Below the pieces are notes generated by a model. The model ran no database searches. It was not told the DNA's origin and saw only the letters and a list, made by a program, of their open reading frames with translations. From the IMG/VR virus record IMGVR_UViG_3300049979_000188: a DNA stretch of 64,000 nucleotides; one strand, given 5' to 3'. This document shows positions 1-9,364 of the stretch, piece after piece. The position numbers were made by a program, and so were the translations under genes. The stretch's first letter is position 1. Every line of letters starts with the position of its first letter. This stretch comes from a virus.

Positions 1-1676
1 ACTTCTTTGCTCAGCACATTTGTGGTGGCCGTGAGCTCCGTTTCGAGCCGGAAAAACTGGCCGTCGTAGTACACGGTAGCTACCTGGATGGTTCCGGTAA
101 AGTGCTGCGTGTAGTTGAAATCGTAGGTCTGGCCATCGAACTCCACCTCCGCCCGGAAGCCGGCCGTACGACCCGAGTCGTAGTTATGGATAGAGAGCCG
201 GTAAGCTCCGACGGCCATGCGATTACGCTCCGTCCAGATGATATTTTCCACCCCCGTGCCTGCGGGACGAATCATGTCCACGTCCAGCATACCCGACATT
301 GCCGTTTTGGTGCCTTTGTATTCGCGGAAGTGAATATGTGAGCCCCGTGGGCCTGGTTCCTGGGCGTGGGCGTCCAGGTCACAGATGCTCTGGCCCTCCT
401 CGTTCCACTGAATCGAGAAGCGCAGTACCCCTTCCACGTTTCCGCCGGCCGCCTTGACGTTTTGCTTGAGGTTGCTGTCAGTCAAGGCATTGTTGTAGGA
501 CCAGCTAAAGGGGTTGTCCCAGAAAAAGATAAGCGGGGCACTGGGGTCCGCGGCCGTGACCAGGCTTACCAGGTTCGGCTCGTGCTGGTTTTCGAGCAGT
601 AACTCTACTTCCGTGCTGTAGGGCAAGACCTTGGTTAGAAAATCCTGCAGCGCAATGTCGTCTACTTTGCTCAAGGAGCGTGGGTTGACGGGACCGTCCT
701 GCTTGAGCATGTCCAGAATGGTGGCTTCCTTGCGGCTGCGGTCCACGTAGAGCACGTGCGTCAGGTCCACGTCATCAGGTCGGGCAAAGCGACGGCCCAG
801 GGCGCTGCCAATACCCAAGTCGTTGATGGTCTTTTCCGCGTCCTCTACCATCTTGGCCGTGACCAAGGCCGTGGGACGCTTGTAGTTGGCTGGTGCAACG
901 ATATTTTCGAAGCTGCGCACAGCCCGGTCGAGCTCCTTGCCCTCCGAAATATCGGTTAGCAGCGTACCCAGCGCCGCGTTGCGGATGCGACTCACGGCGC
1001 CGCCCGCCTGGCGCGACTCACGCCAGCTGAACGCTTCCTTTTCGACCGGGGTAAGCCGAGCGTAGCGCTTTTGCAGCTCACTAAACGCCGTGAGCATGCC
1101 CAAGTTTTCCTCACCCTTGTAGAGGGAATTTTGGGCAATGAGTTCGAGCACCGTTTCGGTAGCGTCGAGGGAGATTTCCACTAGTGAGCGCTCGAAAACG
1201 GCTTTGTCGTCCCGTTGCTTGGCCTGGCGGGTGGCCAGGCTATCGCCTGTTACGCTTTGAACCAGGGAAGCGGGCAGGCGCAGGTAGTGGTGGAAGTAGC
1301 GGGTAGGGTATTTCTCCCCCGTACCGATGTTGGTTTCCGTACCGAGCTCACGGGCTAGCGGGATGAAGGCATCGGCAATGGGGGCCTGGCTAACGAGCTC
1401 ATGCATGGCAGCCGCGACGGGACCATACTCAGCTGGGGCCTCGAAGTCCCAGAGGGTATAACGCTGGTTGTTGCGTAGAACGACGATGGCGGCGTAGTCC
1501 TTGATGAAGTGACGGCAGCAGTTGCAATTATTGAGTTGCTGCAACTCAGCCGGGAAGGCCCCCAGGTAGGTTTCCCACAGGAGCTTGCGGTCAACCTTGG
1601 CCAGGTAGACCTGCGTTTGACCGGCCAGCAGCAGGTGCGCATTTTGCTGAAAAGCGTCTCGGAAATCGGTGAACAT
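1..1676 (-). CDS. Large conserved phage protein, truncated at window edge; C-terminal YfaP/DUF2135-like domain
   Basis: Missing from the ORF track because it runs off the left edge. Hand translation from ATG at 1676 (MFTDFRDAFQQ...NCNCCRHFIKDY...) stays open to the edge. C-terminal part has DLDAHAQEP...LDVDM...GVENIIW...YRLSIHNY. Promoter motif directly upstream. Confidence 0.75.
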   Translation of the reverse strand, partial: MFTDFRDAFQQNAHLLLAGQTQVYLAKVDRKLLWETYLGAFPAELQQLNNCNCCRHFIKDYAAIVVLRNNQRYTLWDFEAPAEYGPVAAAMHELVSQAPIADAFIPLARELGTETNIGTGEKYPTRYFHHYLRLPASLVQSVTGDSLATRQAKQRDDKAVFERSLVEISLDATETVLELIAQNSLYKGEENLGMLTAFSELQKRYARLTPVEKEAFSWRESRQAGGAVSRIRNAALGTLLTDISEGKELDRAVRSFENIVAPANYKRPTALVTAKMVEDAEKTINDLGIGSALGRRFARPDDVDLTHVLYVDRSRKEATILDMLKQDGPVNPRSLSKVDDIALQDFLTKVLPYSTEVELLLENQHEPNLVSLVTAADPSAPLIFFWDNPFSWSYNNALTDSNLKQNVKAAGGNVEGVLRFSIQWNEEGQSICDLDAHAQEPGPRGSHIHFREYKGTKTAMSGMLDVDMIRPAGTGVENIIWTERNRMAVGAYRLSIHNYDSGRTAGFRAEVEFDGQTYDFNYTQHFTGTIQVATVYYDGQFFRLETELTATTNVLSKE

Positions 1677-1702
1677 ACAGTCTGTTTGAGTTCTTTATGA
1701 CT

Positions 1703-1732
1703 AGTTTACGACGAAAAAAAGGTGCTCGTTAC
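1703..1732 (-). promoter_or_regulatory. ECF-type promoter motif GTAAC-N17-CGTAAACT
   Basis: Exact motif in intergenic gap. Confidence 0.8.
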
Positions 1733-1747
1733 GGCAAGCCATTCAGC

Positions 1748-2263
1748 TTAGACTGGTTGGCTCTTTTCAGTGAGTGCCTGTAGTACGGCCCGCAAGCCTG
1801 CCGCCTCGGCTAGCTCGTAGGTGTCATGCTTGGGAATTCGGCGGTCGCGTAAAGTAAATTCGCCCCATACCAGCCATAGCTCCCCCAGGCAGTAGTCGTA
1901 GGTAAAGGCTGTCAGCTTCACCTTGCGCTCATGCTGGCGCGTGTAGGCATTACCGCGCTCGGGTAAGGGGGCGACAAACAGGTGAGCCCGGCCAGTTTGG
2001 CGTAGCCAACGCACTAGGGCGGCCTGGGTAGGTCGCGCGTACATCTGCCAGTAGCTACTGCTCCCGTCAAACGGCTTTTCCCCATTAATATGCGCATGAC
2101 CCTCGCTCTCGAATACGGCACCGGCTTCAAAGGTATCTGCGGCACGAGGCCCTTCACCGGCAAAAAGGGCCTCGCGGAACGTATAGCGTGTGAGCCCGTC
2201 AAAACCGGCTAGCTTCGCCAGGCGCGCGAGTTCAAAGTCAACCAGGGTTTCGTAGGTTTCCAT
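1748..2263 (-). CDS. hypothetical protein
   Basis: ORF 1748..2497; start moved to METYETL (2263) to avoid overlap with the upstream gene. Confidence 0.6.
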   Translation of the reverse strand: METYETLVDFELARLAKLAGFDGLTRYTFREALFAGEGPRAADTFEAGAVFESEGHAHINGEKPFDGSSSYWQMYARPTQAALVRWLRQTGRAHLFVAPLPERGNAYTRQHERKVKLTAFTYDYCLGELWLVWGEFTLRDRRIPKHDTYELAEAAGLRAVLQALTEKSQPV

Positions 2264-2276
2264 AAGATGATTGGCA

Positions 2277-2636
2277 TTAGCAGGGCTGGTTGCGGAGTTC
2301 AGGGTAACGTGCTTCGTAGGCCATGAGCAGCCAATCGCGCGGAATGATTTCGTCGCGTCGGATGCGTTCCGCGCTTGGATAATCATGTGCCATTTCAAAG
2401 CGCTCACGCGCCTCGTTACGGGCTTCACGTACTTGCCAGTACTGGGCGTGGGAGCTGATGACGGGCTTGGGGTAGTAAGCCACGGCTTCAAAGCCAATGG
2501 GATTTTCTAGCCCTTGGTACTCGGCGTCGGCCCTGGCCTGGGCTTCCTCCACGGGCTCGTAGCCCTGGTAACCCAGGCCGCCGTGGTAGGCGCGACTGCG
2601 TTTGATAATGACGTAAAGCTGAGCAGTAGATTCCAT
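2277..2636 (-). CDS. hypothetical protein
   Basis: ORF tiles the gene run, directly downstream of promoter motif 2658-2687. Confidence 0.6.
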   Translation of the reverse strand: MESTAQLYVIIKRSRAYHGGLGYQGYEPVEEAQARADAEYQGLENPIGFEAVAYYPKPVISSHAQYWQVREARNEARERFEMAHDYPSAERIRRDEIIPRDWLLMAYEARYPELRNQPC

Positions 2637-2657
2637 AAAAAAGCAAGATATGCAGGG

Positions 2658-2687
2658 TGTTTACGCAAAAAAACCCGCAGCTGTTAC
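2658..2687 (-). promoter_or_regulatory. promoter motif GTAAC-N17-CGTAAACA
   Basis: -35 lies in terminator loop. Confidence 0.75.
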
Positions 2688-2700
2688 CGCGGGTTTTTTT
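2667..2700. terminator. intrinsic terminator (bidirectional-type)
   Basis: AAAAAACCCGC-loop-GCGGGTTTTTT. Confidence 0.8.
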
Positions 2701-2707
2701 AGGGGAT

Positions 2708-3010
2708 TTATGTTGTAGCGACAGCTTGGTTTTCTGACCGCAGGTACAGATTCCACTCGGCCTGGCGCTGGCTCAGGCGTTGAAACGAGGCCTCGGGTCG
2801 GTAGTGGCGCGCGGGGTAGTCGAAGCGCACATCCAGGTAGGTGTCCCACTCCTGGTAATCCGTTTGCTGGCTTACCCAGCCGTAAAAGGTGATGATGGTA
2901 TCGCGGGAACGGCTCCCGACGCACTGCTTTTTAAGCTTCTTTTTAAGTCGTCGCGGTAGCTTAATTGCTTCGCTTGTACGAATGCGGCGTTTTCGGTTAT
3001 GGCAAGTCAT
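2708..3010 (-). CDS. hypothetical protein
   Basis: ORF tiles the gene run and ends at a terminator. Confidence 0.55.
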   Translation of the reverse strand: MTCHNRKRRIRTSEAIKLPRRLKKKLKKQCVGSRSRDTIITFYGWVSQQTDYQEWDTYLDVRFDYPARHYRPEASFQRLSQRQAEWNLYLRSENQAVATT

Positions 3011-3024
3011 TGTGCCTGTACTGG

Positions 3025-3720
3025 TTAAGGGGTGAGTAGTTTTTCCAACACGTAGGGCACGCCGACCGAAGCGATTTCCGGCACCAGGTGCACCTCACTC
3101 GTGTTAGCCCCGTAGATGGCGGGCGTGGAGGGGTCTACCAAGTAGATAGGACAGTGAGAGGGAGCGTAATCGAGTAAACTGGCCGCTGGGTAAACCTGTA
3201 GCGACGTGCCAACGATGAGCAGCACGTCGGCCGTGGCCGTGAGCAGCTGCGCTTCTTGGATGGCCGGTACGGCTTCGCCAAACCAGACGATATGCGGTCG
3301 CAACTGCTGGCCGTCGGGTGCCAGGTCCCCGACCTTGATGTCGCCGGGGCAGTCGTAAACCAGGCCACTGTTGCTCACGGAGCGCATCTGGTCGAGGCGG
3401 CCGTGCAGGTGCACAACTTGCCCTGAGCCCGCGCGCTCGTGCAAATCGTCCACGTTTTGGGTGATGATTGTTACTTTCCAGTCGGGACGATGAGCAAATT
3501 CAGCCAGGGCTACGTGCGCCGCGTTTGGCTTAACCGAGCGGGCCTGCGCGCGGCGCTGGTTGTAGAATTCGAGCACCAGGGCCGGGTCCTTGGCAAAGCC
3601 GGCGGGGGAGGCCACGTCTTCGAAGCGGTGGGTTTGCCAGAGGCCGTTACTGTCGCGAAACGTGCTGATTCCGCTCTCGGCCGAGATACCGGCACCGGTA
3701 AGCACAACTAAATGAGGCAT
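3025..3720 (-). CDS. cobB: NAD-dependent protein deacylase, Sir2/CobB family
   Basis: GAGISAESGISTFRD, ITQNVDDLHERAG, HLHG, RPHIVWFGE and GTSLQVYPAA sirtuin motifs. Confidence 0.95.
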   Translation of the reverse strand: MPHLVVLTGAGISAESGISTFRDSNGLWQTHRFEDVASPAGFAKDPALVLEFYNQRRAQARSVKPNAAHVALAEFAHRPDWKVTIITQNVDDLHERAGSGQVVHLHGRLDQMRSVSNSGLVYDCPGDIKVGDLAPDGQQLRPHIVWFGEAVPAIQEAQLLTATADVLLIVGTSLQVYPAASLLDYAPSHCPIYLVDPSTPAIYGANTSEVHLVPEIASVGVPYVLEKLLTP

Positions 3721-3725
3721 ACGAA

Positions 3726-4277
3726 TTAGAGTAAAGAGATGGGGCCCGTGAGGGTGGGTTCGTCAAAGGGGGGCGCATACTGCCGCGGGCCAGTTTCCAG
3801 GTACAAGCTTGTGAGCAGACCCGAGGGCAGAGGGCCTTTTTCCAGGTACACATCCAACCGCATAAGCCAGACGTAAACCCAGTCACCAAGGGGCAGCTGC
3901 CCGGCTTGCTGGGCTTTGCGTACGGCCCCGTCTACCGGAAATGCCTGGGTATTGTCCAGCAGGTAGGCGTAGCACTCCGCCACTAAGCGCGAGCGGTACA
4001 AGCCCGCGTAGCAGTGCAAGTAGACGTGTAAATCACTTCGCCGGGCCTGCTCCAGCGCTACCAGGGCCCCGTACAGGCTCGGCAGCACGCAGCCGGCCTC
4101 GCCCATTGGGAACCACTTGATGGCCACGTGGTGGGGGCCATGCGGCGTAAAGTAGTCAGGGTACGCGTCGTCGACACTCACCACCAGGTCCGTTTTGTGG
4201 GGCAAGCCCCGGTAGCCGGCTGCGCGCGGGCTCAGGCCCTGGTGCAGGTGGCTGGTAAGCCAATTAGTTGGGGTCAT
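3726..4277 (-). CDS. Cys-based (CX5R) dual-specificity/tyrosine phosphatase-like protein
   Basis: VYLHCYAGLYRS = HCxAGxxRS P-loop; start taken at MTPTNW. Confidence 0.75.
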   Translation of the reverse strand: MTPTNWLTSHLHQGLSPRAAGYRGLPHKTDLVVSVDDAYPDYFTPHGPHHVAIKWFPMGEAGCVLPSLYGALVALEQARRSDLHVYLHCYAGLYRSRLVAECYAYLLDNTQAFPVDGAVRKAQQAGQLPLGDWVYVWLMRLDVYLEKGPLPSGLLTSLYLETGPRQYAPPFDEPTLTGPISLL

Positions 4278-4485
4278 CGCCTGCGGGTAAATCGGTCCAC
4301 CACACGCACTGCCAGGGATGGTAAATCCTGTAGTAGGCATCCTCGTAGCAGTAGCCCGGACTTGATTGAAAAAAAGCGTCCGCATCGTAGCGTCCGACAA
4401 GAAAGCGGGTGCCGTCAAAAATAAGTATCTGGCGATTGGTTGCCGGCGGGTTAGCCGCCGGATACTTCGGGGAAAAGCTCTTCAT
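4264..4485 (-). CDS. small hypothetical protein (DUF551-like pattern)
   Basis: P..NRQILIFDG...GRY...WWTDLP pattern; fits between neighbours. Confidence 0.45.
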   Translation of the reverse strand: MKSFSPKYPAANPPATNRQILIFDGTRFLVGRYDADAFFQSSPGYCYEDAYYRIYHPWQCVWWTDLPAGDDPN

Positions 4486-4705
4486 GGGTTGCGCCCTGAA
4501 TAATGGCTAGTATGTCACGCGGGCGCACGAGCTGGCACTGGGCCTGGATTTGGCTGATGCGCCCTTTAGGGATGTCGTAGTGGGCCTTCTCCCCCGCGTG
4601 GAACCACCCGCGCGCAATATGCAGGGCCCGGGCCATGGCGTGCAGGTTATGGATGGAGTAAGGCAAGCACACCAGGTGGCGCTTGTTGTCGCAGTAGTAG
4701 CGCAT
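4451..4705 (-). CDS. DUF4031-like protein
   Basis: HLVC...LHAMARALHIARGWFH...HYDI resembles the DUF4031 consensus. Confidence 0.65.
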   Translation of the reverse strand: MRYYCDNKRHLVCLPYSIHNLHAMARALHIARGWFHAGEKAHYDIPKGRISQIQAQCQLVRPRDILAIIQGATHEELFPEVSGG

Positions 4706-4708
4706 GGC

Positions 4709-5488
4709 CTACGCGGGGGAGGCGGGTGCTACGCGAACGATTTTTCGCGTGCGCTCGTGCGGGCTTACCGCTACGAGTCGGCGCTGCAGCCACCCTTTAC
4801 CCACCCGGGCAATGCGGGTATGACCGCGGACCTTACCGCTTGTTGAATCGACTAGAAACTGGTTCCAGCCCTTACCCACCCGGGTGATGCGCACGTGCGT
4901 CTGGTTGGGGTTCTGGTTTAGTCGCGGGTTGAGCAAGCGCGCGGCCAGGCCCGCGCTAACGGGCTGGGCCTCGTAGCTGATAAATTCGGGCTCGGCCAGG
5001 TGCAGAAAAGCCAGCGCCTGAATGGCGGTTTCCATAAAGGGCCAGAGCCCGTTGTCGCGCGTGGCTTTGTTACCTTCCGCCCAGCGCACCGACCAGGAAA
5101 CAATGCGGGCCCGCGGGGCGCCGGTTGGGGCTGAGGCGTCGAGCACAAACAGACCCACCTTATTTACGTGGTAGCGAATAAAGCGGGTGGGACTCAGCAG
5201 TAGACACCCCTTTTCCTGGGGTAGGGTGTCGAGTAAGCCAAAGTCAAAGCCGTCGCGCACCGGTAGCAACGTCATTTCCTGCAGGGCTTCTTCACTGAAG
5301 AGGTAGTGATGACGCTGTTCGTCGTTGAAGTGGGCCTCAATTACGAGCTTGTTCATACCCACGTCGGCCACCTGGCGCAACTGGGGCCGTTCGAGCAGGT
5401 ATTCGCGGCAAACGGCTCGCAGCGACTTACTATGCGGCGTTACCTGGCAGAAACGAATCCCAAACCAGTCTTCGTGTTTGATGCGCAT
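4709..5488 (-). CDS. hypothetical protein
   Basis: 259-aa ORF tiling the gene run. Confidence 0.7.
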   Translation of the reverse strand: MRIKHEDWFGIRFCQVTPHSKSLRAVCREYLLERPQLRQVADVGMNKLVIEAHFNDEQRHHYLFSEEALQEMTLLPVRDGFDFGLLDTLPQEKGCLLLSPTRFIRYHVNKVGLFVLDASAPTGAPRARIVSWSVRWAEGNKATRDNGLWPFMETAIQALAFLHLAEPEFISYEAQPVSAGLAARLLNPRLNQNPNQTHVRITRVGKGWNQFLVDSTSGKVRGHTRIARVGKGWLQRRLVAVSPHERTRKIVRVAPASPA

Positions 5489-5499
5489 GGGCTAGTAGC

Positions 5500-5829
5500 T
5501 TAAACGAGTCGGGCGAGCTCGGGGTGGAGGGCGTAAAAGGCGGCTTCTTCTTGCTTGTGGCGTCGCAGTCGTTCCTCGCTCTCCTGCAGGGCTTGGCGGG
5601 CCTCTTCCTGTTGCTTGAGCACGTGTTCGTGGATAAGGGCCAAGCGCTCATCGCGTTCCTGCAGGGCGTTTTCAGCTGTAAGCGCGCGCTCCAGGGCTTC
5701 AGTCTCGCGTTTTTCCAGGGCTTGGTAGCCGGCTACAATCCGCTCCAGGTAAGAGCCGTTGCCCAGGCCCATGGTCTCGGCCAGGTAGCGTAAATTGCCG
5801 TGTGCTTCGGTTTCTTCGAATGCCATCAT
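5500..5829 (-). CDS. hypothetical coiled-coil protein
   Basis: E/Q/R/L-rich helical sequence; start refined to MMAFEE. Confidence 0.6.
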   Translation of the reverse strand: MMAFEETEAHGNLRYLAETMGLGNGSYLERIVAGYQALEKRETEALERALTAENALQERDERLALIHEHVLKQQEEARQALQESEERLRRHKQEEAAFYALHPELARLV

Positions 5830-5842
5830 TTTTAGGTTAAAA

Positions 5843-6052
5843 TTACCAACCGTCTCCTTCGTGTTCAGCCACCGCATTCTCATCGCCCTGGTGGTAGCCC
5901 TGGTCGAAAAGCTCTTCCTGGTAGCGTAATAGCAGGGCACATTCGTGGGGTTGTAGTTTAAGGGGCCTTTTGAGCTTTACGGCCTCTTTCAACCGCGTTA
6001 CTACGGCTAGCTGCAAGCTTTTCTCGCGGACCCCGCTTGGTGTTGTTCCCAT
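5843..6052 (-). CDS. hypothetical protein
   Basis: Small ORF directly after promoter motif 6069-6098. Confidence 0.55.
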   Translation of the reverse strand: MGTTPSGVREKSLQLAVVTRLKEAVKLKRPLKLQPHECALLLRYQEELFDQGYHQGDENAVAEHEGDGW

Positions 6053-6068
6053 AATCAGATGAGTCAGT

Positions 6069-6098
6069 AGTTTACGTAAGGTAGCAGATGCCCGTTAC
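6069..6098 (-). promoter_or_regulatory. promoter motif GTAAC-N17-CGTAAACT
   Basis: -35 overlaps TAA stop of DUF262 gene. Confidence 0.8.
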
Positions 6099-6625
6099 GG
6101 CTTGGTTTCCTTAGCCAGCAGCGCCTCTACGCGGGCAAGCTCCTCGGGTGAGTGCGGCGTGCCGCCCCCGTTCATTTGCAAATACCACTGCAGAACTTCC
6201 GCCTTGGTTTGCAGCGAGTTTACGTTAATCTTGATGGTTTGCCGTAAGCTAAGTGAGCCTTCGAACTCCCGGTAGAAGTGCCCAAACGCAGGCACTTCAT
6301 TTTTCATGAACCCCAGAATCGCGCTGATGCGCTGCAGGCCATCGACTACCACGAATTCGTTGTACTTTGTTCTTTTCGAGCCATGCCAATCGGGTTTGTT
6401 GAGGTAGAGTACTAAGCCTGATTGCCCACCAGTGAGCACGTACTCCATGAAAGCAGTTTGCTGCGCCCGGGTCCACACGTGACCCCGTTGAAAGTCCGGC
6501 TCCAGCTGCAGGCCTCCTTCCTGCGGTAATTGCCACTCGGCAATCACGGCTGGTAAGTGGTTTAGGCTATAGTTACACTCCCAGCTACCGCTGCGGATGC
6601 GCTGTACAATGTCATCAAAATGCAT
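6095..6625 (-). CDS. DUF262 (ParB/Srx-like) domain protein
   Basis: PDFQRGHVWT...VVVDGLQRISAI...MNGGG motifs. Confidence 0.85.
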   Translation of the reverse strand: MHFDDIVQRIRSGSWECNYSLNHLPAVIAEWQLPQEGGLQLEPDFQRGHVWTRAQQTAFMEYVLTGGQSGLVLYLNKPDWHGSKRTKYNEFVVVDGLQRISAILGFMKNEVPAFGHFYREFEGSLSLRQTIKINVNSLQTKAEVLQWYLQMNGGGTPHSPEELARVEALLAKETKP

Positions 6626-6636
6626 CGCCTACTAGC

Positions 6637-6870
6637 TTAGAAAAAAACAGTTGGATACAGGGTCTCGGCTTGGACAAGCAAATCAGCTAGTGATTCTTGC
6701 GCCGTGGCAAACCCTTCCCACGCACACTCGTGCGTTTTACCCTGGAAGGTAAAATTCCAGATGTGCCGGGCAAACCAATCACGGTCATTTTCGGGGCCCA
6801 TGCGCTTGGCCACCCGTTGCAGGGTAAGGTCAGCGCCGGCGTCGAGTAGAAGGACAAGTTTTTCATTCAT
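6637..6870 (-). CDS. hypothetical protein
   Basis: Small ORF after promoter motif 6876-6905. Confidence 0.55.
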   Translation of the reverse strand: MNEKLVLLLDAGADLTLQRVAKRMGPENDRDWFARHIWNFTFQGKTHECAWEGFATAQESLADLLVQAETLYPTVFF

Positions 6871-6875
6871 ACCGT

Positions 6876-6905
6876 AGTTTACGCCAAAAAAACCGCACCC
6901 GTTAC
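6876..6905 (-). promoter_or_regulatory. promoter motif GTAAC-N17-CGTAAACT
   Basis: -35 in terminator loop. Confidence 0.8.
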
Positions 6906-6917
6906 CAGGTGCGGTTT
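6886..6917 (-). terminator. intrinsic terminator
   Basis: AAACCGCACC/GGTGCGGTTT plus A-tract. Confidence 0.8.
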
Positions 6918-6927
6918 ATCGGAAGTT

Positions 6928-8118
6928 TTAGCGCCGGCGTCGCCCCGGGTAGGGTTCCCAACGGGGGGGTTCACCTGAGTCGGGGTTACTGTCGTTTACC
7001 ACGGCCCAGGTACTAAGACCCAGACTCAGCAAAATAATGAGTACGTAGACCCCGATAAGCTGCCCCTGGGTCAGGGAGACTTGTAGGTAGGCAAAGTCGG
7101 CAAAGGCTTTTCGTTGCCAGTGCTGGGTGACAATACGCTCCACTTCCGGGGCCGCGGCCACCAGGTTTAGCTGCCCCTGGTGCAGAAACAGGTCCCGTAT
7201 CTTGATTTCGGCCATCGGCGTGGTCTCCCAGGAAAAGACATCGCACCACGTAACGGCCTGTTGCTGATTCAACCCAATGCAGACGACCAGCTCATTCTTG
7301 TTACCGCCTTCCCAGTAGTGACGCTGCCAGATAGCGGCCTCGCGGGGTTGATTTTCGAAGAGCAACACAAAGACACGGACTTGTTTTTTTACGCCCAGCA
7401 GGGCGTTGAGCTCATCGTAGGGCCGCACCAAGCGGTAGGGAATGGGTCGCAAGCTCAGCACCGCCGGCTGCAGGCCTTGACCCGTGATGGCCGGGTAGTC
7501 GTAGAGCTTATACTGCGTCAGCACCTGGGGCTTAACCGCCTGCAGGTGAAAGAGGCTGCGCGAGGCCTGGATTTTGTTTTCGTAGCGGTGCTTTTTAGTC
7601 AGTAGCGAGAGGCGCTCGCGTTCGCCGCCCCAGTGGCAGACGTAGCGGTCACCGTCGATTTCGTGCGAGGCGCGGCCTAGCTCGACGAACTGACGGGGCT
7701 GCGCAAATTGGGCGCAAAGAGCCTCGTACTCTTGCTTGTCAATACTGGTTTCCTCTCCCAACTGGTTGACCTTGCGCCACTGCGCCGAATGGTATTCCTC
7801 GTGCGAGCAATCGTACGTTTCCGAGCCGCAACTCTTAACCCCCTTCGAGTCAACCGTGCAGCAGCACTCGCGCGTGCACGTCTGGCTAACCCACTCGCTC
7901 CAGGGCTCGTCGTACTCGACCCGTACGATGTAGGAACCCAGGTATTCGGTGTCGCTGGTGTTTAAGTTAACCAGTACCAGTCGGCTAATAGCCAGCACTA
8001 GTACGGAAGCGCCCAGTAAGAGAGCGATTTCCCACCACACGATGCGGTCGCGAAAAAAGCCGAGCAATACGCCCACTGCGACCAGGGGAATCAGGATGGC
8101 AAACCATTCGAGTTGCAT
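6928..8118 (-). CDS. Membrane-anchored protein (N- and C-terminal TM helices, Cys-rich loop; TPM-like C-terminal part)
   Basis: Two N-terminal hydrophobic segments, CTRECCC...C loop, WEGGNKNELVVCIG, C-terminal TM helix. Confidence 0.7.
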   Translation of the reverse strand: MQLEWFAILIPLVAVGVLLGFFRDRIVWWEIALLLGASVLVLAISRLVLVNLNTSDTEYLGSYIVRVEYDEPWSEWVSQTCTRECCCTVDSKGVKSCGSETYDCSHEEYHSAQWRKVNQLGEETSIDKQEYEALCAQFAQPRQFVELGRASHEIDGDRYVCHWGGERERLSLLTKKHRYENKIQASRSLFHLQAVKPQVLTQYKLYDYPAITGQGLQPAVLSLRPIPYRLVRPYDELNALLGVKKQVRVFVLLFENQPREAAIWQRHYWEGGNKNELVVCIGLNQQQAVTWCDVFSWETTPMAEIKIRDLFLHQGQLNLVAAAPEVERIVTQHWQRKAFADFAYLQVSLTQGQLIGVYVLIILLSLGLSTWAVVNDSNPDSGEPPRWEPYPGRRRR

Positions 8119-8165
8119 AGAAGCGAGAATGCTAAAAAAAGCCCAGGATAACCTTATCCTGGGCT

Positions 8166-8195
8166 AGTTTACGGAGAAAAGACACTAGGTGTTAC
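8166..8195 (-). promoter_or_regulatory. promoter motif GTAAC-N17-CGTAAACT
   Basis: Abuts stop of YgiC-like gene. Confidence 0.8.
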
Positions 8196-9364
8196 TACGA
8201 GAACCAGTGCGGGGCGAACTGCGCCATGTTGTCGGTAATCAGGCTGTTATGCTGCTCCCGAATACCCATACCAGCCGCCTCGCCCCCGATAACCCAGGCG
8301 CCCAGTACGGGAAGCCAGCCGTCAAAGGTCTGAATGGGGAAGAAGCGCTGCAGAATATAGCCTTCCTCACCGTATTCGCCCTCACGGGCTTCTTCCACAC
8401 GGTCACCGTCGTAAATGCTCGTATTTTGGCCTTCGCGGCTATAGACGGGTTTGCGGCACCACTTACCGGTCGGATAGGTCGCTTCGAGTTCCGCCTGGTC
8501 GGGGCTCAGGTAGTGGGCTTCGAGCAGTAGCGGATGGTTGGGGAACAGTTTCCAGAGGTACACCAGCAGCATCTTGTTGGAGAGGATGGCCTTGTAAGGA
8601 GGCTCCACCCAAGTCGTCGTACCGTAGTTGGGCGCCAGATGTTGGGCGAACTCCTCGTTGAGCAGCCACTCCCAGGGGTAGAGCTTAAAGAGGTTGCGGA
8701 TGGGCATACCTTCCGGCGTACAGAAGCGGTTTTGCTGCCGGCTATCAACACTGATTTCATCCACGTAAAGTACGCGGGTGGTGTAGCCGGCCTGGGCGGC
8801 GCACTCGGCCACGTAGCTTACGGTCATGTAGTCTTCCGCACTGTCGCGGCCGCAGGCCAGGTACAAGTCTACGCCGTCGGGACCGGTTGGCAAGTAAGGC
8901 TTACAGGTCCGCAGGTGGGCCACCAGGCGCTCATGCAAACTGTTCCACTGGTCAGGTTTACCGGCTGATTGTAGCCAATCGTACTGGATGACGGCTGCTT
9001 CGAGTAGGGAAGTGGGGGTATCGGCGTTGAATTCGAGCAGCTTAATCTGAGTAGTGCGGCTGTCATAGCCCAAATCGAAGCGGCCGTAAAGCGACACGTC
9101 ATCCTCGTTCCAGCTGCGTGTAATCAGGGCCGCATCGTCGGGGTTGATGAAGAATTGGGCCCAGAGCTGGTGGTCGATGACGTGTTGCACGACCTGTAGG
9201 CACATGCCGAAGAGCTCATTGGTAGCGGCTTCGAGTCGGTCTACTTCGCCGCTGGAGAAGTGATAGGCACTCGTTTCCGTGTAGTAGCCTTCGTGGTAGA
9301 GCATGCCCCGCTCGGCCAGGCGCTGCGTCAGTGCGGGGCGAGGCGTAATGGAGATGCGCTGCAC
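8195..9364 (-). CDS. Glutathionylspermidine synthase-like ATP-grasp protein (YgiC/YjfC family)
   Basis: LYGRFDLGYD, KLLEFNADTPTSLLEAA, FKLYPWEW, EPPYKAILSNK, KPVYSREG, GIRE motifs. Confidence 0.9.
   Translation of the reverse strand: MQRISITPRPALTQRLAERGMLYHEGYYTETSAYHFSSGEVDRLEAATNELFGMCLQVVQHVIDHQLWAQFFINPDDAALITRSWNEDDVSLYGRFDLGYDSRTTQIKLLEFNADTPTSLLEAAVIQYDWLQSAGKPDQWNSLHERLVAHLRTCKPYLPTGPDGVDLYLACGRDSAEDYMTVSYVAECAAQAGYTTRVLYVDEISVDSRQQNRFCTPEGMPIRNLFKLYPWEWLLNEEFAQHLAPNYGTTTWVEPPYKAILSNKMLLVYLWKLFPNHPLLLEAHYLSPDQAELEATYPTGKWCRKPVYSREGQNTSIYDGDRVEEAREGEYGEEGYILQRFFPIQTFDGWLPVLGAWVIGGEAAGMGIREQHNSLITDNMAQFAPHWFS

Noticed and set aside
8195-9364. Calling this a true glutathionylspermidine synthase (gsp)
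   Set aside because: It lacks the amidase domain, and its partner context is YgiB/YgiC-like, for which Gsp synthesis is not established.
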